From contig JANZKB010000001.1 in assembly GCA_025061095.1 (NCBI GenBank), positions 67,078-112,765 on the forward strand: a stretch of 45,688 nucleotides of DNA, in the 5' to 3' direction. Positions 9,473 through 19,120 of the stretch are shown in pieces. Position 1 is the stretch's first letter; each line of letters opens with the position of its first letter. This stretch comes from Candidatus Culexmicrobium thermophilum. GTDB lineage: Archaea > Thermoproteota > Methanomethylicia > Culexarchaeales > B10-G16. The translations under genes and the position numbers were made by a program. Under the pieces are notes generated by a model. It ran no database searches. It had not been told where the DNA came from and saw only the letters and a program-made list of their open reading frames with translations.

Positions 9473-10849
9473 TCATGTTACAACTCCTTCTCTTTTGAGA
9501 ATGCTTCTGGCAACTATTATGCCGGTTGCAGCCGCTGTAACTAAGCCTCTTGAGAAGCCTGCACCATCTCCAGCTACATATAATTTGGGGATCGGTGTTT
9601 CTAGATTTTTATTGGTTTCTATCTTGTTTGCTGAGAATTTTACTTCTGGAGCATAGAGAAGGGTTGAGGAGCTTGCTACACCTGGAATTATTTTATCTAA
9701 TATGTCTAGGCCTTCAATTATGTCGGTGAGTATTCTGTGTGGTAATACCATGGCGATGTCTCCTGGAGTTACAGAGGTTAACGTTGGTTTTACATGGCTG
9801 TGGGTTATTCTCCTCCATGTGGATCGTCGACCTAACCGTAGATCACCTAGCCTTTGGATTATGGGTTTTCCTCCACCTAGAATTGTAGCTATTCTCGTTA
9901 TTGATTGACCATATGCAGTTGTATCTTCTATGGGTTCTGTTAGAGAAATTCTTACGAGGAATGCGAAATTCGTGTTGGGGGATTGCTTCTCAACCATTGA
10001 ATGTCCATTTACACCTACAAAGTTGTCGTAGAGTTCTTGTACTACGAAGCCGCGATGATTTACGCAGAAAGTTCTTACGAAATCGTCGTAGGTTTTCGTG
10101 TATATGTGGAATTTTGGGTCGCGGTTGACTTTAATTATCGGTTCCATAACCACTGCTGGCACTTCAACTCTAACACCTATATCTATGGGTTCATGTTTAG
10201 TTGGAATTTTAAGCCTTCTTGCTTCTTGAGCCAACCATTCAGCGCCAACTCTTCCAGGAGCTGCAATGATATATTCTGCTTCCAGCGCTCTTCCATCTTC
10301 TAGGAGTATTGATCCTCTATTTATATGGGCTACCTTAGTGTTCAATAGGAAAGTTACACCCTTAGTTTCTAAATCTCTTTTAAAATTCTTTATTATTTGG
10401 GGAGCTTTATCTGAACCTATATGTCTTTGAGGTATTGGTATGAACTTTGCGCCTGCAGCTGCAGCTTTCCTCTCCAATTCTTCAACAATCTCTCCATCAG
10501 CATGATAGATCTTCTTTGGAGCACCATATTTTAGAAAGACGGAGTCCACATAATTTACAAGTTTCCATGCCTCCTCTTCAGATCCTGTCAGTTTAATTAG
10601 ATTTCCCCCGATGTCGGGCCTTAAATTCAGTAGGCCGCTTGAAAGGGTGCCTGCACCCCCAACACCCGACATTATGTTGCATGGTGTACATTTCTTGCAG
10701 TAGGAGTACTGCTTGGCGGGACATATTCTCTGATCTACATCTTTTCCTTGGTCGATTATTAAGATTGACAGTCTACTTTTATATGCTAGTTCGTGGGCTG
10801 CAAAGAGCCCTGCTGGACCTGCACCTATTATGATTACATCCGGTTTCAA
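9473..10849 (-). CDS. NAD(P)/FAD-dependent oxidoreductase (COG2509-like)
   Basis: IIGAGPAGLFAA, GVGGAGTLS, DIGVRVE, VRTFCVN, VNGHS, NTNFA, LYAPEVKF, AGDGAG.SRGL. Confidence 0.88.
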   Translation of the reverse strand: MKPDVIIIGAGPAGLFAAHELAYKSRLSILIIDQGKDVDQRICPAKQYSYCKKCTPCNIMSGVGGAGTLSSGLLNLRPDIGGNLIKLTGSEEEAWKLVNYVDSVFLKYGAPKKIYHADGEIVEELERKAAAAGAKFIPIPQRHIGSDKAPQIIKNFKRDLETKGVTFLLNTKVAHINRGSILLEDGRALEAEYIIAAPGRVGAEWLAQEARRLKIPTKHEPIDIGVRVEVPAVVMEPIIKVNRDPKFHIYTKTYDDFVRTFCVNHRGFVVQELYDNFVGVNGHSMVEKQSPNTNFAFLVRISLTEPIEDTTAYGQSITRIATILGGGKPIIQRLGDLRLGRRSTWRRITHSHVKPTLTSVTPGDIAMVLPHRILTDIIEGLDILDKIIPGVASSSTLLYAPEVKFSANKIETNKNLETPIPKLYVAGDGAGFSRGLVTAAATGIIVARSILKREGVVT

Positions 10850-10899
10850 GAAACCACCATTCCATTAAGATTGAATTATCAATATAAAAGGATGCTGTT

Positions 10900-11751
10900 T
10901 CATAGATTTTTCAATAAGGAAAGTGTTCCTAGGAAGGTTCCATCTAAAAGATAGATCTCAGTGGAGTTTGGATCGATTATGTTTCTAGTTAATACCGGTC
11001 CGAGCAGGGAGGAAGATCTTAACCTGTTTATCGGTATTCCAGATAGATTTCTGTTGAAGGCTGGCATAACTATGATTCTTGAAGTTTGGGGATTTAGATC
11101 AAATATTTCATTGAATTTTTTAATTGGAGATTTAACTTTTCCACCTTTAATGATCCTTCTATATTTCAAGTAGTGTTCTATTAGATTTTCAGTTGAAACA
11201 TCTATTTTTATCCAGACTGGTTCTATCAGCTTGAAACCCATTTGATCTTTTAATTCTATCATGGGATGTATATGTCCCATTACCAGAGTCTCTGATTCGA
11301 AAAGTTTAGGGGAAGGCCATGCATGTCCATGTATAAGTCCTATACTTTTATTGTTGAGCAGTTTAAGGAGCAATCCTCTCGAGGAGTGTAGGGTTACCTT
11401 TCTAGGTGTTAATGCTTCGAGATTTCCGTCATGATTGCCTATTATAATTTCAATATCTATATTCATAGCCAATAGTTGTGATAGAAATTCGGGAATATCA
11501 TGCCATTCTGCAAGGGAGATCTGTGTAACGTTATGTTTTAAATCGCCTAGAAAGATTAATCGTGAAGGATTATATGAAATTATTAGATTTTTCAGTTCCT
11601 TCAGAAATTTGCTCATTTGAGATGGAATATTTATGCCTTTTGAGGATAGTTCGATTTCGAATCCTAAATGTAGATCTGCAACTACAAGAGCGGAAGATCC
11701 GTCTTCAAGTTTCAGCAGAAGAGCTGGAGTTTCAGGTAGAGGATAGATCAT
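10900..11751 (-). CDS. Calcineurin-like metallophosphoesterase (COG1407-like)
   Basis: ADLHLG, GDLKH, GNHD, HGH, GHIHP, MPAFN. Confidence 0.9.
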   Translation of the reverse strand: MIYPLPETPALLLKLEDGSSALVVADLHLGFEIELSSKGINIPSQMSKFLKELKNLIISYNPSRLIFLGDLKHNVTQISLAEWHDIPEFLSQLLAMNIDIEIIIGNHDGNLEALTPRKVTLHSSRGLLLKLLNNKSIGLIHGHAWPSPKLFESETLVMGHIHPMIELKDQMGFKLIEPVWIKIDVSTENLIEHYLKYRRIIKGGKVKSPIKKFNEIFDLNPQTSRIIVMPAFNRNLSGIPINRLRSSSLLGPVLTRNIIDPNSTEIYLLDGTFLGTLSLLKNL

Positions 11752-11796
11752 AAAACCTCATCGTTAACTTAATTAAAACTGTGTTTTATTATTTTC

Positions 11797-12192
11797 TTGA
11801 GAATGAAGAATTTCTTGGAGGCTTTATATAGAGAGATTTCTACGGGATGCAACTTCACTTCATCTCATAGAGAACTACTTCTAAAACGTTATGGGGATCG
11901 TTATTTGAGAGCCTTAGAACTGGTTGAAAATGGAAAGGTTAAAAAATATGTTTTCAATCCGAGCGGCATTGAGAGATGGACTGTTGAGGGTAGAAGCAGT
12001 GTTTATCTAGTTATTCCCAGAATGTTCTGTCAATGTAACGATTTCTATATATCAGTGGTTATGAAGGGGAGGGTTGATGCATGTTACCATTTAATAGCAC
12101 AATTCATCGCTGAAGCAGATAACAATTATGTGGAGGAAATTTTAAGTGATGGTGAATATGTGGAGTTTATGAGGAAGTTTAGATATTTGTAG
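11797..12192 (+). CDS. SWIM zinc-finger protein (COG5431-like)
   Basis: VKKYVF.PSG...W.V.G, FCQCNDF...CYHLIA (CxC..CxH). Confidence 0.85.
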   Translation: MRMKNFLEALYREISTGCNFTSSHRELLLKRYGDRYLRALELVENGKVKKYVFNPSGIERWTVEGRSSVYLVIPRMFCQCNDFYISVVMKGRVDACYHLIAQFIAEADNNYVEEILSDGEYVEFMRKFRYL

Positions 12193-12194
12193 AT

Positions 12195-12914
12195 TTAGAC
12201 TTCTCTCTTTCTTTTAACGTATCCTCTTATCTCCGTCTTCTCCACTTTGCCGTCTCTTACCCATATTATCCGATTACTTACTTCAACTATTTTATAGTCA
12301 TGGGTTGCACAGAAAATTGTGATACCTTGTTCTTCATTCATTTTTTTAAGGAGTGTAATTATTTCTAGACCTGTGTTTAGGTCGAGGTTTCCTGTCGGCT
12401 CGTCGGCGAGAATTATTGAGGGATTGTTGGCTAATGCTCTTGCTATAGCCACTCTCTGTTGTTGTCCTCCTGAAAGCTCTGAGGGTTTATGGTTTAATCT
12501 GTCGCCTAATCCAACCATTTCAAGCAGTTTTCTAGCTTTTTCCATGCGTATTTTTTTAGGAGTTCCTGCAAATATCATGGGTAATGTGACGTTTTCAATG
12601 GCAGTTAGAACGGGAATCAAGTTGAATGTTTGGAAGATATAGCCGATTTTTCTGCATCTCAGCCATGCAAGCTCATATGCATCTAACTTTGATATATCGA
12701 TGTTATCTATGAAGACTTTGCCTCTGGTAGGTTTATCCAAGCCGCCGATCATGTTGAATAGAGTGGTCTTGCCAGCACCTGACGGACCCATAATTGAAAG
12801 ATATTCGCCTCTGAAGATCTGTAAATTTATTCCGTCGAGAGCTTTGATCGTTGTACCTCCAAGTGTATAATATTTCGCTAAATCTATGGTTTCTACTGCA
12901 TAGTCGGATGACAT
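12195..12914 (-). CDS. ABC transporter ATP-binding protein, LolD/MacB/FtsE type
   Basis: GPSGAGKTT, LSGGQQQRVAIARAL, ILADEPTGNLD, ATHD. Start taken as the ATG at 12914 (MSSDY), just after the permease stop; the track's extension overlaps the permease. Confidence 0.92.
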   Translation of the reverse strand: MSSDYAVETIDLAKYYTLGGTTIKALDGINLQIFRGEYLSIMGPSGAGKTTLFNMIGGLDKPTRGKVFIDNIDISKLDAYELAWLRCRKIGYIFQTFNLIPVLTAIENVTLPMIFAGTPKKIRMEKARKLLEMVGLGDRLNHKPSELSGGQQQRVAIARALANNPSIILADEPTGNLDLNTGLEIITLLKKMNEEQGITIFCATHDYKIVEVSNRIIWVRDGKVEKTEIRGYVKRKREV

Positions 12915-12916
12915 GG

Positions 12917-13534
12917 TTACACCTCGAAACGTAATGCATCTACAGGGTTTATCTTTGAAGCATGATATGCAGGATATATGGTCGCAATTAGGCTGACTAA
13001 TAGAGCTACGGCAAAGGATAAACTCATAACATATAGGTAATTCTGTAGAGGGAGAAGTGTTCCTATTTGGAGAAGGATCATAGGCATAGTTGTGATGAAG
13101 GCTATTGAGAATCCTAGTAGTCCACCTATAAAGCCTATTACAAGTGCTTCGAATATGAATAATTGCAGTATTAGGGAATCTTTTGCACCGAGACATTTCA
13201 TAGTGCCTATCTCTTTATATCTCTCAGTTACAGAGATGAGCATAGAGTTAAAAATGGTTATTACACAGACGGTAAGGGATATTATGGTTACCCATATTTG
13301 ATAATCATTTAAATTTAACAGTTTGAAAACGTTGCCAGTAGTTTTTGGAGTGTAGGAGTAGCTGAGCATTATCATAGATGAAACTAAAGCCACTCCCAAA
13401 AAGACATTGCCAATGGTTAATAGGATTCTGGATCTTCTTTTCCTCATATTTTCGAGAACTATATGTAATAGATCTTTTAGTGAAAGTTTTGCGAAAGCGC
13501 TTTCCATTAAACCACCATCCATATACATATACAT
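12917..13534 (-). CDS. FtsX/MacB-type ABC permease with very short extracellular loop
   Basis: R..R.LLT.....GVAL, NSML.SV.ER..EIGTMK.LGA, YPA..ASK.NPVDALRFE. True start is probably 8 codons downstream (MESAF). Confidence 0.88.
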   Translation of the reverse strand: MYMYMDGGLMESAFAKLSLKDLLHIVLENMRKRRSRILLTIGNVFLGVALVSSMIMLSYSYTPKTTGNVFKLLNLNDYQIWVTIISLTVCVITIFNSMLISVTERYKEIGTMKCLGAKDSLILQLFIFEALVIGFIGGLLGFSIAFITTMPMILLQIGTLLPLQNYLYVMSLSFAVALLVSLIATIYPAYHASKINPVDALRFEV

Positions 13535-13578
13535 AAAAATTTAATATTTAAGATGAATTTAAGGTATGTGGTGGTGAC

Positions 13579-13683
13579 ATGAACTTTGAACTATTGTTGA
13601 ACATGCTTACAGCCATGTCTATAGTGGCGCTGATAATTTCGATAGCATATCAGATTGTCGAGAGGAAAGCAGCCAAACAGTGA
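13579..13683 (+). CDS. Small single-pass membrane protein (34 aa), not in ORF track
   Basis: GGTGGTGA Shine-Dalgarno, then MNFELLLNMLTAMSIVALIISIAYQIVERKAAKQ*: hydrophobic helix plus basic tail. Confidence 0.5.
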   Translation: MNFELLLNMLTAMSIVALIISIAYQIVERKAAKQ

Positions 13684-13757
13684 TGAATATAATTGGTTAG
13701 AAAGTTTAATTAATTTGTATTTTTAAATCCATTTTGAATCAGTTGTTAAGGTGATGG

Positions 13758-14048
13758 ATGAGAATGGGAAAAAAGTATAGGAAGAAGTTGCCGGTTAGGC
13801 CGCCTAAGAAAATTCCTTCAATATTTCCCTGTCCAAACTGTGGGAAGAAAGCTGTGAAAGTTTTTTATGATAGAGGGGAAGGTGAAGCTGTAGTTTCATG
13901 TGGGAATTGTAAAATTTATGTGAAGATTAAGGTTTCCCCGATATTTTCAGCTGTCGATATATATGGAAGATTTGTAGATTTATTTTATGAGGGAAAGATT
14001 GAAACAGGGAGTGGAACTGTTGAAAACGCTCAGAATAGGCAGAGTTGA
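13758..14048 (+). CDS. elf1: Transcription elongation factor Elf1
   Basis: Basic N-terminus MGKKYRKK, FPCPNC..CGNC zinc ribbon, VDIYG.FVD. Confidence 0.88.
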   Translation: MRMGKKYRKKLPVRPPKKIPSIFPCPNCGKKAVKVFYDRGEGEAVVSCGNCKIYVKIKVSPIFSAVDIYGRFVDLFYEGKIETGSGTVENAQNRQS

Positions 14049-14781
14049 AAAATATCTAATTGAAAATATTGAGGAGAAAGGGGCAATACATATAACTTTA
14101 CTTGACCCCGACAAGGATCATTTGAACCTAGTTAATAGGGCTGTTGAAGCAGAGAAGGCGGGAACTTCAGCAATAATGGTTGGAGGATCTATAGGAGTTT
14201 CGGAGAGTATACTTGACGATGTGATAATTTCACTTAAAGAAAAAGTTGAAATTCCAATAATCTTATTTCCGGGAAATATTTCAGGTGTAAGTAGACATGC
14301 TGACGCCATATGGTTTATGTCTTTATTAAATTCGGCAACCACATATTATTTGGTAGATGCACAAGCGCAGGGATCATTAATAATCAAAAAATACGGTATT
14401 GAAGCTATTCCAATGGGTTATATTATAGTGGGGGAGGGAGAGGCGGCAGGGTTTATTGGGCAGGCAAGAATCATACCATATACACATCCAGAGCTGGCCG
14501 CAATATATGCTTTGGCAGGGGAACTGTTAGGTATGCGATTCATATATCTTGAGGCAGGTTCAGGGGCAAAGCAACCTGTACCTGAAAGTATGGTTAGAAC
14601 TGTTAGGAGAACCATCTCGACATATATGATAGTTGGAGGAGGAATTAAAACTGCTGAGCAAGCTAAAAGGATAGTTAGGTCGGGGGCAAACATAATAGTT
14701 ACAGGAACTGTTGTAGAGGAGAAGAATGTGGAAAGGAGAATCGGAGAGATTGTCAGGGCTGTTGAAGAGGGTGCTAATTGA
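13987..14781 (+). CDS. Geranylgeranylglyceryl phosphate (GGGP) synthase, group II
   Basis: LLDPDK, IMVGGS, ILFPG, ADAIWFMSLLNS, YLEAGSGA, IVGGGIKT, VTGT. Real start is probably the TTG at 14020. Confidence 0.93.
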   Translation: MRERLKQGVELLKTLRIGRVEKYLIENIEEKGAIHITLLDPDKDHLNLVNRAVEAEKAGTSAIMVGGSIGVSESILDDVIISLKEKVEIPIILFPGNISGVSRHADAIWFMSLLNSATTYYLVDAQAQGSLIIKKYGIEAIPMGYIIVGEGEAAGFIGQARIIPYTHPELAAIYALAGELLGMRFIYLEAGSGAKQPVPESMVRTVRRTISTYMIVGGGIKTAEQAKRIVRSGANIIVTGTVVEEKNVERRIGEIVRAVEEGAN

Positions 14782-15371
14782 ACAGTGCTTCCAAAATTAG
14801 ACGAGAACTTTTAAGGAAGACTTTACATATATTTGGTGTTTCAATTTATCTAACATATTTGAAATTTGGAGTTGAAGGTTCATTCTTGTATCTACTGGTC
14901 TGTTTCTCAATCTCACTGTTATTTGAGATTACTAGATTAAAGGCTTATAGATACTTCCCATTCAAATTTATAATTAGAAAGGTTGTAAGAGATGAGGAAC
15001 GTTGGAAATTTGGAGCACATATATACTTTTTCATCGGTTCCATTTTAGCATTTATAATATCTTTTTTCAATGAAAATGCGATAATTGGAATTATGTGTAT
15101 GGTGTTTTCGGATGCAGCTGGAGCTATCGTCGGTGTAACTGTTGGAAAACACAGGATTTCGAGGAGGGGAAGAAAAACTGTTGAGGGTGCTGTGGCTGGT
15201 GGAGCTGTAGCTTTTTTAACAGTATATATTATGATGAAAAACCTTGTAGCCAGCATAGTTTTAGCAACCGTTTATATTATAGTCGATTCTCTAAACATTA
15301 ATATTAATGATAATCTGCTACTTCCCGTCTGTTTCACTCTTGCATTAAACATTTTAGTTTTTTTGAGATAA
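14778..15371 (+). CDS. CTP-dependent polyprenol/dolichol (phytol) kinase family membrane protein
   Basis: E..RK.LH, DAAGAIVG..GKH, KTVEG...G, DNLLLP; multi-pass hydrophobic. Confidence 0.8.
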   Translation: MNSASKIRRELLRKTLHIFGVSIYLTYLKFGVEGSFLYLLVCFSISLLFEITRLKAYRYFPFKFIIRKVVRDEERWKFGAHIYFFIGSILAFIISFFNENAIIGIMCMVFSDAAGAIVGVTVGKHRISRRGRKTVEGAVAGGAVAFLTVYIMMKNLVASIVLATVYIIVDSLNININDNLLLPVCFTLALNILVFLR

Positions 15372-15389
15372 ACTATATCGGCGAAGTTA

Positions 15390-18300
15390 ATGGAGCTTAC
15401 TGGAGGGGAAATATCAGATTATTTTAAGCGGATAAAGAGAGAAGTTGAAAAAATATATGAAGTAGCGTGCCAAGCCAAACTGGGAGCATTCGATCCCAGT
15501 GACACTCCAGAAATTTTTCTTGCAAATGATTTAGCAGAAAGAGTGGAGGGGTTATTGAGGCAATATGGGATTTTTAAAATTGCTGATAGAATTCGAGAAT
15601 TAAATGAAAAGAATAGTAGAGAAGTGGTTGCCCTAAAAATAGCTGAGGAGATTGTCTATGGAAGATATGGGAATTTTTCGGAGGAGAAGCGGGCGGAGAT
15701 AGCTATAAGGGCAGCATTAGCAATATTGACTGAAGGAATAACAGCAGCACCTTTACAGGGAATAGATAGAGTGAAGATTAAGAGAAATCCAGATGGAAGC
15801 AAATATTTGGCAGTTTATTATGCTGGGCCGATAAGATCTGCAGGGGGAACCGAACAGGCACTAACAGTTTTGGTTGGAGATTATGTTAGACAACTACTGC
15901 ACTTAGACAAGTATAAGCCGACAGAGGAGGAAGTTAAACGATATATTGAAGAGATAAGGCTATATGAGAGAAATGTAGGTAGATTTCAATACCACAATAC
16001 AGATAGGGAGATTGAAAGAGCAGTTAAGAGGATACCTATAGAAGTTACAGGTGTACCGACAACCCAGATCGAAGTGAGTATTCATAGGGATTTGCCGAGA
16101 ATAGAAACTAATAAGTTGAGGGGCGGTGCATGCAGGGTTATAAATGATGGAGTAATAGGTAAGGCAAAAAAATTGATGAAGATAGCTGAAGATGTAGGAA
16201 TCGACGGTTGGGATTGGTTGATGGAGCTTTCCAAGAGCAGTGTAAAGGAAGAGGAAAGTGTAAAAGTAAAGCCAAGCGAAAAGTATTTGGAAGATATTGT
16301 GGCTGGAAGACCCATTTTTGCACATCCATCTAGAACTGGCGGTTTCAGACTCAGATATGGTAGAAGTAGGAATACTGGTTTAGCGGCTATTGGACTTAAT
16401 CCCGCAACAATGCTGATTTTAGGAGAATTCCTCGCGATAGGAACTCAGGTTAGAACTGAAAGGCCAGGTAAGAGCAGCATTATTATGCCTGTAACTTCAA
16501 TAGAGGGGCCTATTGTGAAATTGGAGGATGAAAGTGTAATTCAGGTTAACTCGTTGATTGAGGCTCAGAAAATACTGGATAAAATTAAGGAGATATTGTT
16601 TTTAGGGGATATTCTCATTGCTTATGGAGAATTCTTAGAGAATAATCATCCCTTGCTGCCCTCAGGATATGTGGAGGAATGGTGGGTTCAGGAGGTTCTG
16701 AAAGCTTTAAAAGAAAAATATGAAGGGGATTTAAAGAAATTTGGTGAGAAGACTGGAATTTCAGAGTTCAGATTGAGGGAGTTTATCTTCAACTATGTTG
16801 AAAGTAAGCCTAAAGCTTCGGAAGCCATAAAGATTTCTGAAGAGTTAGAAGTTCCATTGCACCCTAGATATACTTATTATTGGAATGGTATAAGTGCAGG
16901 TGATATTAAAATTCTTGCTGACTGGATTAGGGAGCAGAATGGGATAGATGTAGATAATAATGGAACATTCGTTAAAAAACCATATGATCATAGGGTGAAG
17001 AGAATACTGGAGGATTTATGGATAACACATAAATTAGACAAGGATAGACTGTATCTCTGGATAGATAAGGAAGATCTGAAGATTTTGGAGCGCTGTATAG
17101 CTGGATTTAAGAGCAATCTAGATCTTCCTGAGAATGGTTTAGAAGCAATAAATAGCATTTCTAGAATTAAAATACGGAGTAAAGCACCCACCTTTATAGG
17201 TCTTAGAATGGGGAGGCCTGAAAAAGCTAAGGAGAGAAAGATGAAGCCGCCGGTGCATGTATTATTTCCTGTTGGAATCGAGGGGGGAAGCAGTAGAAAT
17301 GTAATTGAAGCTGCAACATATAAGACTATTAAAGTGGAGAATTCATTGAAAATATGCTTGAAATGTAAGGAGAGAACGTTTTATGAGAAATGTCCAAAAT
17401 GTGGAGAGAGAACTGTTCAACTTAGAAGGTGTCCAAAATGTGGCAGAATAACTTTAGATTTGAAATGTAAGTTTTGTAATGTTAATACGAAACTTGCATT
17501 CGAACAGAATATGAATATCTCTGAAGAGCTAAGGAGAGCATGCGTTAACCTGAATATAACTGCACCGCCAAAGATCGTTAAAGGGGTTAGAGGATTGACA
17601 AATCCGGAGAAGATTCCGGAACCTTTAGAGAAGGGAGTGTTAAGGGCAAGACATAATGTTTACGTCTACAAGGATGGAACCATTAGATTTGATATGACAA
17701 ATGCTCCATTGACTCACTTTACGCCTAGAGAGATCCATACAAGCATTAGAAAACTCATTGAACTTGGATATACCAAGGATATCTATGGAAAGCCTCTTGA
17801 AAATGAAGAGCAACTGATTGAATTGAAAGTTCAAGACATAGTGATACCCCTTGAGGCAGCAGACTATTTAATTAGGGTTGCAAAGTTTGTGGATGAACTT
17901 TTAGTTAGATATTATAAAGTTAAACCTTTCTATCAAGTTAATAGAAGGGAAGATTTAATCGGACATGTAGTGATCGGGATAGCGCCACATACATCGGCAG
18001 GAGTTATAGGGAGGATAATTGGCTTTACTAATGCAAAAGTCTGTTTTGCTCATCCTTATTGGCATGCTGCAAAGAGGAGAAACTGTGATGGAGATGAGGA
18101 TGCTATAATATTGGGGTTGGATGCCTTTCTGAACTTTTCTAAGAAATATCTTCCTGAGAGAAGGGGGGGATTGATGGATGCACCGTTAGTTGTAACGTTA
18201 ATGATAGACCCAAACGAAGTGGATGATGAAGTTTTCAACATGGAAACATGTAACAAATATCCATTAGAATTTTATGAAAAAACCTTGAAATATTGTGATC

Positions 18301-18848
18301 CTAAGAAGCTTAGCGACATCATTGAAAAAGTGGAGAATAGGCTTGGAAGAATGGAACAGTATAGAGGATTAATGTTTACACATTCAACGAAAGCCATAGA
18401 TCTGGGACCTAAAGTATCAATATATAAGAAGATGAGAACTATGGATGAGAAGGTACATGCACAGATGAGATTAGCAGACAAAATAAGGGCTGTAGACAAA
18501 AAGGATGTTGCGCAAAGATTATTGATACATCATTTCCTACCGGATTTAATAGGAAATTTAAGGGCATTCACCACGCAAAGTATGAGATGTACAAAATGTG
18601 GCAGAAAATATGATAGGCCGCCTTTATCGGGTAGATGTAGGGAGTGCGGTGGCAAATTAATTTTAACCGTACACAAGAAGAACATAGAGAAGTATATGAG
18701 ATTTGCAAAGACGCTAATTCAAAAATATAAGTTAGGGGTTTACTATAGGCAACGCTTAGATTTAATAGAGAAAGAATTAAATTTGCTATTTGAGAAGGAT
18801 GAGGAAGGTAAACAATCAAAAATAATCGATTTTTGGAAGAAGATGTGA
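15390..18848 (+). CDS. polC: DNA polymerase D large subunit (DP2), no intein
   Basis: YAGPIRSAGGT, GGFRLRYGRSRNTG, RMGRPEKAK.RKM.PP, KDGTIRFD, HAAKRRNCDGDED catalytic motif, C-terminal CxxC pairs. Confidence 0.98.
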   Translation: MELTGGEISDYFKRIKREVEKIYEVACQAKLGAFDPSDTPEIFLANDLAERVEGLLRQYGIFKIADRIRELNEKNSREVVALKIAEEIVYGRYGNFSEEKRAEIAIRAALAILTEGITAAPLQGIDRVKIKRNPDGSKYLAVYYAGPIRSAGGTEQALTVLVGDYVRQLLHLDKYKPTEEEVKRYIEEIRLYERNVGRFQYHNTDREIERAVKRIPIEVTGVPTTQIEVSIHRDLPRIETNKLRGGACRVINDGVIGKAKKLMKIAEDVGIDGWDWLMELSKSSVKEEESVKVKPSEKYLEDIVAGRPIFAHPSRTGGFRLRYGRSRNTGLAAIGLNPATMLILGEFLAIGTQVRTERPGKSSIIMPVTSIEGPIVKLEDESVIQVNSLIEAQKILDKIKEILFLGDILIAYGEFLENNHPLLPSGYVEEWWVQEVLKALKEKYEGDLKKFGEKTGISEFRLREFIFNYVESKPKASEAIKISEELEVPLHPRYTYYWNGISAGDIKILADWIREQNGIDVDNNGTFVKKPYDHRVKRILEDLWITHKLDKDRLYLWIDKEDLKILERCIAGFKSNLDLPENGLEAINSISRIKIRSKAPTFIGLRMGRPEKAKERKMKPPVHVLFPVGIEGGSSRNVIEAATYKTIKVENSLKICLKCKERTFYEKCPKCGERTVQLRRCPKCGRITLDLKCKFCNVNTKLAFEQNMNISEELRRACVNLNITAPPKIVKGVRGLTNPEKIPEPLEKGVLRARHNVYVYKDGTIRFDMTNAPLTHFTPREIHTSIRKLIELGYTKDIYGKPLENEEQLIELKVQDIVIPLEAADYLIRVAKFVDELLVRYYKVKPFYQVNRREDLIGHVVIGIAPHTSAGVIGRIIGFTNAKVCFAHPYWHAAKRRNCDGDEDAIILGLDAFLNFSKKYLPERRGGLMDAPLVVTLMIDPNEVDDEVFNMETCNKYPLEFYEKTLKYCDPKKLSDIIEKVENRLGRMEQYRGLMFTHSTKAIDLGPKVSIYKKMRTMDEKVHAQMRLADKIRAVDKKDVAQRLLIHHFLPDLIGNLRAFTTQSMRCTKCGRKYDRPPLSGRCRECGGKLILTVHKKNIEKYMRFAKTLIQKYKLGVYYRQRLDLIEKELNLLFEKDEEGKQSKIIDFWKKM

Positions 18849-19120
18849 AGTTTATGGAGAGGAATTATGAGGCATTAGCTATATTGAGGAGAATTAAAAA
18901 TACGAGGAAAGGGATTGAGATACGTAGCAAAATAATAAGGACGCTCAGGCATCGACTGGCCACGATATCGGAGCTTTCAAAATTGGTTAACAGAAGCTAT
19001 TCAACGATAAGATATCATGTAAAGAACATGGAGAAAGAAGGCATTGTCATGAGATTTAATAATAAGTGGAGGCTTACAGGAAAGGGACAACAGAGTATGG
19101 AGGCCTTTTTATTGAAATAG
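18833..19120 (+). CDS. Small ArsR/HTH_20-like winged-helix protein
   Basis: RSKII..L....TISELS....SYSTIRYH...MEKEGIV...W.LTG.GQ. Start may be the ATG at 18854. Confidence 0.75.
   Translation: MEEDVKFMERNYEALAILRRIKNTRKGIEIRSKIIRTLRHRLATISELSKLVNRSYSTIRYHVKNMEKEGIVMRFNNKWRLTGKGQQSMEAFLLK

Noticed and set aside
12914-13196. 93-aa N-terminal extension on the ABC ATPase (track ORF 12195-13196)
   Set aside because: It overlaps the permease in another frame; the natural start MSSDY follows the permease stop
15390-18848. Intein in DP2
   Set aside because: The usual insertion site KRRN/CDGDED is contiguous and the protein length is normal
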